Source: Gammaproteobacteria bacterium
GTDB taxonomy: Bacteria > Pseudomonadota > Gammaproteobacteria > Thiohalomonadales > Thiohalomonadaceae
Assembly (NCBI GenBank): GCA_015231435.1
Contig: JADGBN010000002.1
Span: 1 to 61,698, forward strand
Reading direction: 5' to 3'
DNA length: 61,698 nt
The notes under the pieces were generated by a model. The model ran no database searches. It saw only the letters and a program-made list of their open reading frames with translations, and was not told the origin of the DNA. Both the position numbers and the translations under genes were made by a program. Each line of letters begins with the position of its first letter. Positions within the stretch are counted from its first letter, which is position 1. Shown one piece after another: positions 11,738 through 22,040 of the stretch.

Positions 11738-13459
11738 ATGGAAGTGACCCAACGTGACCTCATCATCCGCGTCGCCGGTGAAGGGGGGGAAGGAATTATC
11801 TCAACCGGTGACTTTATCGCCGCTGCCTGTGCCCGCGCCGGTCTTGAGATCTATACCTTCAAAACCTTTCCCGCCGAAATTAAAGGCGGTTACGCGATGT
11901 ACCAGACCCGCATTAGTGATCAACATATCTACAACCAGGGCGATACCTTTGATGTTTTCTGTGCCTTTAATGGCGAAGCCTATGAACTCAACCGTCATCT
12001 GTTAACCCCAGGGACCGCCTTTGTTTATGACAGCCCCGGTGACTTTGAACCAGATCTGCCTGAGGGGGTCATCGCCTACCCCGTTCCGATGAGCGAAATC
12101 GCCAAAAAACTTGGCGAAAAACGGGCAAAAAATATGGTTGCCCTGGGTGCCCTGTCACAACTGTTCAATATTAATGAGACCACCCTTAAACGTGTGCTCA
12201 GCGATAAATTTGGTCGTAAGGGAGAGGCGCTTCTGGCAAAAAACCTGCAAGCCTTTGATCTCGGTAAAGAGCACGCCACCACACTCGAAAAAAGCGACAG
12301 ATGGCGTGTTGCTGATGCGCGGGAAGCCAAGGATGTGATCATCATCTCCGGCAACGAAGCCGTCGGCCTTGGTGCCATTTTAGGAAAGCTCGACTTCTTC
12401 TCCGCCTATCCCATCACCCCTGCCACTGAAGTCGCCAAATATGTCGCCAAACAGATCCCGAAAATTGGCGGTACGCTAATTCAGGCCGAAGATGAGATCG
12501 CCTCCATTTCACAGGTACTCGGTGCCTCCTATGCGGGTAAGAAGGCAATGACCGCCACCTCCGGTCCGGGACTTGCGCTCATGAGTGAGATGCTCGGTAT
12601 GAGCGCGATGAGCGAAACCCCCGTCCTCGTCGTCGATGTACAGCGCGGCGGCCCGTCAACCGGACTGCCGACCAAACATGAACAGTCCGATCTCTTTCTC
12701 GCCATTCATGGCGGCCACGGTGATGCGCCACGAATTGTCCTAGCAGTCGAGAACGTTAAAGATTGTATTGAGATGACGGTGGAGTCACTTAACCTCGCGG
12801 AGCAGTACCAAACACCGGTAATTCTCCTCTCCGATGGCTCCCTCGCCTTCTCCACCCAGACCGTCCCCGCCCCAAAAGCCGATGAGTTTACCCTTGTCAA
12901 CCGTAAACGCTGGGATGGCAGTGGCGAATATAAGCGTTATGAACTGACGCCTGACCTCATCTCGCCAATGGCCGATCCCGGCACCGAGGGGGCGATGCAT
13001 ATCGCCACCGGCCTTGAGCATGGCGAAACCGGCGCACCACGTTATACCGCAGATAACCATGAGACCATGCACCGTAAGCGCTTTAATAAAATCAAACCCA
13101 TTGTTGATAACTACCGTGTCGCTGAAGTGGATGGCGAAGGTAACGCCGATATTGGCGTGATCGCTTGGGGCAGCACCATCGGTGTGGTACGCGAAGCGCT
13201 GACACGGCTGCGCGCCAAGGGGTTTAAGGTCAAGGGACTCTACCCCAAACTCCTCTGGCCACTACAGGTTGCGCAAATCGAGGCTTTTGCCGCCAGTTGT
13301 CAACGGGTGATTGTTCCTGAGGTGAATTATCAGGGGCAGCTCTCCCACTTTCTGCGCGCTGAAACCAACCTAAAGCCAATTCCTTACACCATTTGTGGCG
13401 GCCTACCCTTCACCCCCGCCATGATCGTTCACAAAATTGAGGAGATGAGCCATGAATGA
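11738..13459 (+). CDS. korA: 2-oxoacid:ferredoxin oxidoreductase alpha subunit (KorA-like; 2-oxoglutarate specificity is likely but unproven)
   Basis: 573 aa. N-terminal gamma-like domain (IRVAGEGGEGIISTGD) fused to an alpha domain (ISGNEAVGLGAI...YPITPATE). Overlaps the beta-subunit gene. Confidence 0.8.
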   Translation: MEVTQRDLIIRVAGEGGEGIISTGDFIAAACARAGLEIYTFKTFPAEIKGGYAMYQTRISDQHIYNQGDTFDVFCAFNGEAYELNRHLLTPGTAFVYDSPGDFEPDLPEGVIAYPVPMSEIAKKLGEKRAKNMVALGALSQLFNINETTLKRVLSDKFGRKGEALLAKNLQAFDLGKEHATTLEKSDRWRVADAREAKDVIIISGNEAVGLGAILGKLDFFSAYPITPATEVAKYVAKQIPKIGGTLIQAEDEIASISQVLGASYAGKKAMTATSGPGLALMSEMLGMSAMSETPVLVVDVQRGGPSTGLPTKHEQSDLFLAIHGGHGDAPRIVLAVENVKDCIEMTVESLNLAEQYQTPVILLSDGSLAFSTQTVPAPKADEFTLVNRKRWDGSGEYKRYELTPDLISPMADPGTEGAMHIATGLEHGETGAPRYTADNHETMHRKRFNKIKPIVDNYRVAEVDGEGNADIGVIAWGSTIGVVREALTRLRAKGFKVKGLYPKLLWPLQVAQIEAFAASCQRVIVPEVNYQGQLSHFLRAETNLKPIPYTICGGLPFTPAMIVHKIEEMSHE

Positions 13460-14339
13460 TGTCTCTGCCCACTTTCATCAAGTCGAGATGAAACCCAAGG
13501 ACTTTCGTTCAGAAATAGATCCCGTCTGGTGCGCCGGCTGTGGCCACTACGGCATTCTCTCCGGCATCTATCGTGCGATGTCCGAACTTGGACTTGATCC
13601 CAACTACACTGTCAATATCTCCGGCATCGGCTGCTCTTCACGCACCCCCTACTTCGTCAAATCCTACCAAATGCACACCCTGCACGGACGAGCAGGCGCA
13701 GTAGCAACCGGAACCCAACTCGCCCGCCCCGATCTGGCGGTAATTGTCACTGGCGGTGATGGTGACGGCTTCTCCATTGGCGGCGGTCACATGCCACATT
13801 TGGCGCGCAAAAACGTCAATATGAGCTATGTGATGATGGATAACCGCATCTACGGTCTCACCAAAGGGCAGGTCTCCCCGACCTCGCGCAAAGAGATGAA
13901 GGCCTACACCACCCCCTATGGCGGTGTTGAGGAGCCCCTCGATCCGGTGCTCTATATGCTGACCTATGGTGCCACCTATGTCGGACAAGCCTTTGCCGGA
14001 AACCCGAAAATGTGTGCGCGGCTGATTAAGGGCGCCCTAGAGCATCGCGGCTTCGCTTTCGTCAATATCTTCTCCCAGTGTCCGACCTTTAACACCATTG
14101 ATACTGCAAACTATTTCAAGGATCTGGTGGTCGATGTCGAAGAGGAGATTGACCTTGGTGACGTGATGAGTGCGATGAATCGCGTGCAACAGATGAACCA
14201 TGAGGGGAAACTTGCGGTTGGCCTACTGCATCAGAGCCATCGCGCAACGCTGGATGAGGAGATGTCACGCCTTATCGCCCAGGTCGGCGGCAATGCCGAT
14301 TATGATCTACAAACCATTATCGATGACTCCCGTCCGTAG
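13452..14339 (+). CDS. korB: 2-oxoacid:ferredoxin oxidoreductase beta (TPP-binding) subunit
   Basis: 295 aa. WCAGCGHYGIL and GGDGDGFSIGGGH TPP-binding motifs. 8-nt overlap with korA. Confidence 0.8.
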   Translation: MNDVSAHFHQVEMKPKDFRSEIDPVWCAGCGHYGILSGIYRAMSELGLDPNYTVNISGIGCSSRTPYFVKSYQMHTLHGRAGAVATGTQLARPDLAVIVTGGDGDGFSIGGGHMPHLARKNVNMSYVMMDNRIYGLTKGQVSPTSRKEMKAYTTPYGGVEEPLDPVLYMLTYGATYVGQAFAGNPKMCARLIKGALEHRGFAFVNIFSQCPTFNTIDTANYFKDLVVDVEEEIDLGDVMSAMNRVQQMNHEGKLAVGLLHQSHRATLDEEMSRLIAQVGGNADYDLQTIIDDSRP

Positions 14340-14350
14340 GTTCGCAGCGC

Positions 14351-14989
14351 ATGGCTGACCTGCGCTATGACAACGCCGCCTCCCTGCTGCAAGCCTGTGG
14401 CAGGGAGGGGTCGCTGGCGGGAAGCGACCTCTCCTACCTTGACCTTCGGGGGATTAACCTAAGCGGTCTGGATCTGAGTAGTGCTACCCTGACCGGTAGC
14501 AATTTAAGTGGTGCAACCCTCAGTCACTGCAACTTAACTGATCTCTTCGTCCAAGATAGCCAGTGGCAAGGGTGCAAACTTAATCACGTTAACCTGAGTA
14601 ACGCCACCCTGCAACGCGTTAACCTAAACCAAAGTGAGTGGCAGCGGTGTCAACTCAGTGGCAGCAGCCTGCTCATTTGCGATCTCGACGCGAGCATCTT
14701 TACCGCCTGCGACCTGGCGGGCTGCCGTCTGCTTGAGTGTAGTTTCGAGAAGAGTCAGTTTAACCACTGCGATCTTAACCACACCCAGTGGCGCAGCAGC
14801 ATTCTCACCGCCAGCCACTTCAACCACTGCAGTTTCAATCAGGCGGACCTGCGCAAAACCAATTTGACAGCGGCTCGCTACACTCAGATTAGCGCCGTTG
14901 AGGCGCTCTACTACGGCAAAGCACCGTGGAATGGTTGCGAAGCCGAAGGCAACTGGCGCGAAATGCTACACACCTTTGATGGTGAGTAA
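14351..14989 (+). CDS. Pentapeptide-repeat protein
   Basis: 212 aa, almost entirely A(D/N)LXX-type pentapeptide repeats (e.g. DLSYLDLRGINLSGLDLSSATLTGSNLSGATLSHCNL). Starts 12 nt after korB. Confidence 0.85.
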   Translation: MADLRYDNAASLLQACGREGSLAGSDLSYLDLRGINLSGLDLSSATLTGSNLSGATLSHCNLTDLFVQDSQWQGCKLNHVNLSNATLQRVNLNQSEWQRCQLSGSSLLICDLDASIFTACDLAGCRLLECSFEKSQFNHCDLNHTQWRSSILTASHFNHCSFNQADLRKTNLTAARYTQISAVEALYYGKAPWNGCEAEGNWREMLHTFDGE

Positions 14990-15072
14990 GCACCCATCAC
15001 ACTCACCCTGAATTCCGCATAAACTCCTAAACTTTCCCGATAACCCCCTGTTGCTACAAAAGCAAAAGCCAA

Positions 15073-15114
15073 TTGATACACGTCAATGAAGCTACAGGGG
15101 TTTTCCCATGTAAT
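15073..15114 (+). promoter_or_regulatory. FNR/DNR/NNR-type box (TTGATACACGTCAA) plus candidate -10 (TGTAAT) upstream of norC
   Basis: TTGAT-N4-GTCAA at 15073-15086 has one mismatch to TTGAT-N4-ATCAA. A TGTAAT hexamer at 15109-15114 places the box centre about 41 nt upstream of a predicted start site, which is class II geometry. Confidence 0.55.
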
Positions 15115-15152
15115 GCGCCTGCCTTTAACAATCCTTGAGGAGGAAATTAAGT

Positions 15153-15599
15153 ATGGCTCAGGCCTTTACGAAAACGATGGCACGGAACATCTTCTACGGT
15201 GGTACTGTGTTTTTCTTTCTTCTCCTGTTAGCACTCACGTTTGACACCATGGGAAGCCTTCCCAGCCGTGACAACCGCCAGGCGCTCGCCGGAGAACTTG
15301 GTCCCCAAATTGCCCGCGGCAAAGAACTTTGGGAAAACAACAACTGCATTGGATGTCATACCCTGTTAGGTGAAGGTGCCTATTTTGCACCTGAGCTTGG
15401 CAATGTCTATGTTCGCTTTGGCAAGAGCAAAGAGGCGATTATGGGCTTCATTAAAGGACGTCCCCCACAAGGGATCCCTGGCCGTCGCAGTATGCCCCAG
15501 TTTAACTTTAGCGATGAAGATCTGGACGCTATTGCGGAGTTTCTGAAGTACGCCTCAGAAATTAATACGGCTAACTGGCCGCCCAACATTCAAGGTTAG
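15153..15599 (+). CDS. norC: Nitric oxide reductase subunit C (cytochrome c)
   Basis: From ATG 15153, preceded by GAGGAGG: MAQAFTKTMARNIFYGG...NNCIGCHTLLGEGAYFAPELG. Single CxxCH, 148 aa, typical NorC. Confidence 0.9.
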   Translation: MAQAFTKTMARNIFYGGTVFFFLLLLALTFDTMGSLPSRDNRQALAGELGPQIARGKELWENNNCIGCHTLLGEGAYFAPELGNVYVRFGKSKEAIMGFIKGRPPQGIPGRRSMPQFNFSDEDLDAIAEFLKYASEINTANWPPNIQG

Positions 15600-15605
15600 G
15601 AGTGA

Positions 15606-17000
<1,395 letters not shown>

Positions 17001-17041
17001 GATTTTTCCTTGGTCCGGTTGTTACAATCGGAATTTTAATG

Positions 17042-17073
17042 GCCGGCACATAATTGTGCCGGCTTTTCTTCTT
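17042..17073 (+). terminator. Intrinsic terminator/attenuator after norB
   Basis: GCCGGCAC-ataatt-GTGCCGGC stem-loop followed by TTTTCTTCTT. Confidence 0.55.
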
Positions 17074-17111
17074 AAGCGAGCATCGTTTTGTCACCTTCTG
17101 ATAGCAGTGCA

Positions 17112-17681
17112 ATGGACGCACACAACCCATATCGCCCCCCCGGTGATTTGGCGATCTGGATATTTATTCTTGCTGAACTCACCGTCTTTGGCGTTTTCTT
17201 CGCCTCCTACGCGATTACCCGCATGAACCATGTTGAACTATTCAACCAGTTTCAGCCCACCCTTGATAGTACCGCCGCCTTTTACAATACCTTGGCGCTA
17301 CTCACCAGCTCATGGTTTGTTGTTCGCGGCGTCACCTCGATTCGTGAAGGGAACAGCCGTGGCTCTGTTCACTGGCTGCTCGGGGCTATCGCCATGGGGG
17401 CACTCTTTGTCATTATTAAACTCGGCGAATATGCCCACCACTTTGCAATGGGGATTAACCTCAGCACCAATACCTTCTATATGTTCTATCTCTCTCTCAC
17501 CTTTTTTCACTTTATGCATGTGATCATGGGAATGGTGATTCTCGCAGCGGTCGCGGTGAAAGCCCATCAGGGCGGCTACAGTGCCAACAACTACACAGGG
17601 GTAGAAACCGGGGCCTCCTACTGGCACATGGTAGATCTTGTCTGGCTTATCCTCTTTCCCCTTGTCTATGTGATGCGATGA
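17112..17681 (+). CDS. norE: Cytochrome c oxidase subunit III-like protein (NorE)
   Basis: About 189-aa polytopic membrane protein from ATG 17112, in the nor cluster. CoxIII-like C-terminus (SYWHMVDLVWLILFPLVY). Confidence 0.7.
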   Translation: MDAHNPYRPPGDLAIWIFILAELTVFGVFFASYAITRMNHVELFNQFQPTLDSTAAFYNTLALLTSSWFVVRGVTSIREGNSRGSVHWLLGAIAMGALFVIIKLGEYAHHFAMGINLSTNTFYMFYLSLTFFHFMHVIMGMVILAAVAVKAHQGGYSANNYTGVETGASYWHMVDLVWLILFPLVYVMR

Positions 17682-17962
17682 ACACCCCCATGAAACCTAA
17701 AAAAAGATTTGCCATACGCCCCTGTACCCGCGTCTATCTGATATTAATGCTGCTAACCAGCGTCACCTATTTTATCGGGCAGGCAAAACTGGAGGGGCTC
17801 GAAATCGCCCTCATCGTACTTCTTCTTGCCCTTGTCAAAGGGCAGTTAATCGGCCACTATTTTATGGGTTTAGGAGCGGTTAAAGGGCTATGGCACTGGC
17901 CTGTCGCCATCTGGCTGCTCATCCCCGGTGGAATTATCTCCCTCACCTTCATCTACGCCTAA
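17678..17962 (+). CDS. Small membrane protein, prokaryotic oxidase subunit IV-like (at the NorF position)
   Basis: 94 aa with about 3 TM segments. ATGA overlap with the norE stop. Confidence 0.45.
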   Translation: MNTPMKPKKRFAIRPCTRVYLILMLLTSVTYFIGQAKLEGLEIALIVLLLALVKGQLIGHYFMGLGAVKGLWHWPVAIWLLIPGGIISLTFIYA

Positions 17963-17974
17963 ACGGGAATCGCC

Positions 17975-18769
17975 ATGTCAAATAGCAATAAGCTCCCCTA
18001 CTACCATCCCCAGGGAAATGAGTGCGAACTCTTTACCCATGCCTACCACGCGCGTTTGCCGCTGTTGGTCAAAGGGCCTACCGGATGCGGCAAGACCCGC
18101 TTTATTAACTACATGGCAGCAAAGCTCGGACGCCCCCTGCACACCGTCTCCTGCCATGATGACCTGACCGCAGCCGATCTCGTCGGACGCCATTTGATTA
18201 ATGACCACGGCACCTTCTGGAGTGACGGCCCTCTCACCCGCGCCGTGCGCGAAGGGGCGATCTGCTACCTTGATGAGGTGGTTGAGGCGCGCAAAGATAC
18301 CACGGTCGTACTGCATCCGCTTACCGATGATCGACGCATTCTCCCCCTTGAGCGAACCGGCGAACTCCTCACCGCACCCCCCGAATTTATGTTGGTGGTC
18401 TCCTATAACCCGGGGTATCAAAATCTCCTTAAAGGGTTAAAACCAAGTACGCGGCAACGCTTTGTCGCCATTCGTTTTAACTTTCCCGCCGCCGCCGTTG
18501 AAATTGAGATCCTTACCAAAGAGACCGGTGTTGAAACCGCTCTGGCACAGCGCCTCGTCAACCTTGCCAACGCACTGCGCTCCCTGAAGGATCACGACCT
18601 CGAAGAGGCCGCCTCAACCCGCCTTCTGGTCTATACCGCCAACCTAATTCTTAGCGGCTACGCCCCCATAGAGGCGTGTCGCGCCGCCATGGTAGAGCCG
18701 CTAACCGATGATCAGGAGACCATTGACGCCCTCATGGAGGTGGTCGATATCACCTTTGGCAAAGGGTAG
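17975..18769 (+). CDS. norQ: MoxR-class AAA+ ATPase of the CbbQ/NirQ/NorQ family
   Basis: 264 aa. YYHPQGNECELF...GPTGCGKTRF (Walker A)...ICYLDEVVEA (Walker B). Located directly after norCBE. Confidence 0.85.
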   Translation: MSNSNKLPYYHPQGNECELFTHAYHARLPLLVKGPTGCGKTRFINYMAAKLGRPLHTVSCHDDLTAADLVGRHLINDHGTFWSDGPLTRAVREGAICYLDEVVEARKDTTVVLHPLTDDRRILPLERTGELLTAPPEFMLVVSYNPGYQNLLKGLKPSTRQRFVAIRFNFPAAAVEIEILTKETGVETALAQRLVNLANALRSLKDHDLEEAASTRLLVYTANLILSGYAPIEACRAAMVEPLTDDQETIDALMEVVDITFGKG

Positions 18770-18914
18770 GTTTAACGTCAACAGGCCGCCTTTAGCAACA
18801 ATGCAGGAAGGCCAAAGAAGTAGATTGATGGTGATAACTAATTTTACTCGTCCCATTTTCACATCTTATCCAATAAATCATCCTCCGAAGGCCGAAAGGC
18901 GACTGAACCATGCC

Positions 18915-18944
18915 TTGACAGACCTCTTGGTCGAAGTGCATAAT
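18915..18944 (+). promoter_or_regulatory. Candidate sigma70 promoter for the islet operon
   Basis: TTGACA (18915-18920), 18-nt spacer, CATAAT (18939-18944), about 110 nt upstream of the 19056 start. Confidence 0.4.
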
Positions 18945-19055
18945 TTGCTGTTGTCAGTTTATTGCCTATCCATAACTAAGTCCTATCGCGCCTAGATTAT
19001 GTCTGGCTTGTAATACGAATTTCTTATCAATCTAAATATAAGGTTTCTTCGCATA

Positions 19056-22040
19056 ATGGCGCGAAACAATGACACGACTGGGCAGGATGTTCCCAGCAAA
19101 AAAACACCTCGCGTACGTAAACCTAAATCAGTTATACGTGACGCTGAACAGTCTGAATTCTTCAAGGGTTACGTTGTTGCGATAGGTGCATCCGCTGGCG
19201 GTTTAGATGCGCTAGAGCGCTTCTTTGACGAACTCGCCATCGACTCTGGCGCGGTCATCGTGGTTGTTCAACATCTTTCTCCCGATCACAAAAGCATGAT
19301 GGACAATCTGCTTTCACGGCATACAACGATGCCCGTGCTGATGGCAGAAAACGGATTGGAGATGCAAGCCAATCATGTTTATCTGATTCCTCCCGGGAAA
19401 AACATGACTGTGGCTGGATCGCAGTTGCGTCTGGCACCCAAGAATCCTCACGGTTTGAGCCTGCCCATCGATCTCTTCTTTACTTCTCTTTCCAAAGAAT
19501 TCGGCAACCGCTGCGTGGGGGTAATCCTATCTGGCACTGGATCTGATGGAACGCGCGGCGCGGTAGCAATCAACGACGCAGGTGGATTTCTACTTGCTCA
19601 AGATCCGGAATCCGCCAAATTTGACGGTATGCCTCGTAGCGTCATCGGCACAGGCTTGGTTGATGAAGTTCTTCCTCCTAAATTGTTAGCGACTCGCATC
19701 GTCAGTCACGTCAAAAACGTGTTGGAAGTTTCAGCGAAGGTCAAAGAGAGTGAACTAACTGATTTGTATGTCAATCCAATGGAGAGCATCTTGCATTTGC
19801 TCTATCAGGTTGGCGGCATTAATTTCAAAGAATACAAACCCGCTACGGTGCAACGCCGCATCGAGCGGCGCATGCAGATTCGACATGTGCGCGATCTCAC
19901 CAATTATTTGCATTTATTAGAAAGTGATCGAGGCGAGATTCTGACATTGAAGCGTGACACACTGATTCCAGTGACCAGTTTCTTCCGTGATGCTGAAACA
20001 TTTGATCTGATGGAAAAGAATGTCATTCCTGCAATTATTTCAGAGCATCAAGAACAACAATCTATTCGCGTCTGGGTGGCAGGCTGTTCGACGGGGGAAG
20101 AGGCTTACACCATTGCAATATTGTTTGCTGAAGCGTTCGATCAACTTAAGCGCTGGCCCCAATTAAAAATTTTTGCGACGGACGTTGAGCAAACACATAT
20201 TGATATCGCCAGCGCGGGTGTGTATTCGGAAGCGATTGCCAATGAATTGTCGCCTGAGCGTTTGGAGCGTTTCTTTAAGCACAGTGGCAATCAATTCATT
20301 GTTAAAAACGAGATACGCCAAAACATCGTTTTTGCGCGCCACAATATTCTTGAAGACCCACCTTTCACGCGCATGAATCTTGTTACATGTCGCAATGTGC
20401 TTATTTATTTTGACGTCAACGCACAAGAGAAAGCACTACTTCGTTTTCAATATGCCTTGGTGCATAACGGCTATATGCTGCTGGGTTCAAGTGAATCATT
20501 GGGCGCGAGACATCGTGATTTCAGTGTTTCTGATAGTAAGAACAAAATCTATCGCGTTTTGCGTCCCGTTTCATTGCCACTTGATTTGAATCGAGGCTCA
20601 CAAGGCCGTGCTGCAACACGCAAAGTTACGATTCCCTCACAACGCGATCGCCATTTAAGCGTTGAAGCATCCGTCATTGAATCGGGCCAAAATATCTTAA
20701 TGAAGAACTATGCGCCCCCCGCACTGCTAGTGAATGAAGAGCGGCAACTGGTTCATGTGTTCGGTGATGCACAACGCTTTATGCAGATGCCTACTGGAAC
20801 GGCCAGTTTAGAGGTATCTAAATTGCTGGTAGGTAAATTATCGCCTGTAGGTATCGCTCTGATTCACAAAGCTGGCAAAGAGAATGTGCAGTTGCGCTCA
20901 GAAGTAATTGTGACTGATCCCGGTAAGGGAATTACAGAGCATGTTCGAATGACGGTACGCCCCGTACCTGTTAAGAGTGGAGGTGGAGAGAGATTCTTCC
21001 TTTTATCGTTTGATACCGAGTTTATGGCCGAGCCAAACCGCACTGGTAGTGAGGTAATAGATGTATCGGAAATTTCTAACGAGCGCATCCAAAACTTGGA
21101 ACGTGAGTTGTCTGCGATGCGAGACAGCTTACAAGCGACTATTGAGGAGTTGGAAACCTCTAATGAAGAACTGCAAGCGACCAATGAAGAATTGATGGCC
21201 TCCAACGAAGAGTTGCAAAGTACCAATGAAGAGTTGCAATCTGTGAATGAGGAGTTGTATACCGTCAATGCTGAGAATCAGGAAAAGATAGAAATACTAA
21301 ATCGACTGAACGCTGATCTCGACAACATGACAAGAGCAGCGTTAATCCCCACCGTTTTTGTCGATGAAAATCTCAAATTGACACGCTTCACTCCTGAGGC
21401 CGCAAATATTTTCCGTTTTCGTGAGGGGGATTTGGGACGTCGTATAGACGACTTTACTAATGTAATGGATTACCCCGAATTCATTTCTGATATTCGCCGT
21501 ACCTTAGGCACTGCCCAGGTGATCGAGCGCGAGGTGAAATCACAAACGGGTGATATTTGGTACTTGGTTCGTATTCTACCTTACATTGATAAACCTAAAA
21601 ATATCAGCGGCGCAGTGATGACATTCTTCGACATCTCTATGTTAAAAGACGTGCAGCGTTTGCAAGGAATCATGGACTCATTACCAGAACATATCGCCGT
21701 GCTAGATGCAGCAGGATATATCACTTTGATCAACAAAGCATGGCGAGACTTTGCAGAAGAAAATGGTGATAAAGGCTTAGTGTTTAGTGGGATTGGGTGC
21801 AACTATCTTGAAGCTATCCTTAAAGAAAAAGAATTGGATCAAATAGCGAATGAGGCGAACGAAGGCATTCGTAAAGTATTGGATAAAACACTTCCTGATT
21901 ATTCGATTAAATATCCGTGTCATTCTAAGGATGAGAATCGTTGGTTCTTGATGCACGTAGCACCTGTGCCGAACGTTGCAGGAGGCGTTGTTGTTAGTCA
22001 TATCAACATCACCCATTGGATCGAGGGTGTTCAGCAATGA
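19056..22040 (+). CDS. CheB-methylesterase/CheR-methyltransferase fusion protein with a NEEL-heptad coiled coil and C-terminal PAS domains (no kinase, no receiver)
   Basis: 994 aa. CheB motifs [31 protein letters not shown]. CheR SAM motif [19 protein letters not shown]. Coiled coil [38 protein letters not shown], followed by two PAS-like regions. Confidence 0.85.
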   Translation: MARNNDTTGQDVPSKKTPRVRKPKSVIRDAEQSEFFKGYVVAIGASAGGLDALERFFDELAIDSGAVIVVVQHLSPDHKSMMDNLLSRHTTMPVLMAENGLEMQANHVYLIPPGKNMTVAGSQLRLAPKNPHGLSLPIDLFFTSLSKEFGNRCVGVILSGTGSDGTRGAVAINDAGGFLLAQDPESAKFDGMPRSVIGTGLVDEVLPPKLLATRIVSHVKNVLEVSAKVKESELTDLYVNPMESILHLLYQVGGINFKEYKPATVQRRIERRMQIRHVRDLTNYLHLLESDRGEILTLKRDTLIPVTSFFRDAETFDLMEKNVIPAIISEHQEQQSIRVWVAGCSTGEEAYTIAILFAEAFDQLKRWPQLKIFATDVEQTHIDIASAGVYSEAIANELSPERLERFFKHSGNQFIVKNEIRQNIVFARHNILEDPPFTRMNLVTCRNVLIYFDVNAQEKALLRFQYALVHNGYMLLGSSESLGARHRDFSVSDSKNKIYRVLRPVSLPLDLNRGSQGRAATRKVTIPSQRDRHLSVEASVIESGQNILMKNYAPPALLVNEERQLVHVFGDAQRFMQMPTGTASLEVSKLLVGKLSPVGIALIHKAGKENVQLRSEVIVTDPGKGITEHVRMTVRPVPVKSGGGERFFLLSFDTEFMAEPNRTGSEVIDVSEISNERIQNLERELSAMRDSLQATIEELETSNEELQATNEELMASNEELQSTNEELQSVNEELYTVNAENQEKIEILNRLNADLDNMTRAALIPTVFVDENLKLTRFTPEAANIFRFREGDLGRRIDDFTNVMDYPEFISDIRRTLGTAQVIEREVKSQTGDIWYLVRILPYIDKPKNISGAVMTFFDISMLKDVQRLQGIMDSLPEHIAVLDAAGYITLINKAWRDFAEENGDKGLVFSGIGCNYLEAILKEKELDQIANEANEGIRKVLDKTLPDYSIKYPCHSKDENRWFLMHVAPVPNVAGGVVVSHINITHWIEGVQQ

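Noticed and set aside
17975-18769. The MoxR-type ATPase interpreted as the RuBisCO activase CbbQ rather than NorQ
   Set aside because: The family cannot be split by eye, but the gene directly follows norC-norB-norE. No RuBisCO or cbbO is nearby, so NorQ is the more parsimonious call.
18708-18995. 95-aa ORF spanning the norQ end and the A/T-rich spacer as a possible norD remnant
   Set aside because: It overlaps norQ out of frame and shows no resemblance to NorD/VWA sequences.
21156-21263. Tandem 21-bp DNA repeats (five units)
   Set aside because: They are in frame and encode the (S/T)NEELQx heptads of the coiled coil typical of CheB/CheR-PAS proteins. This is not a VNTR or CRISPR-like array.
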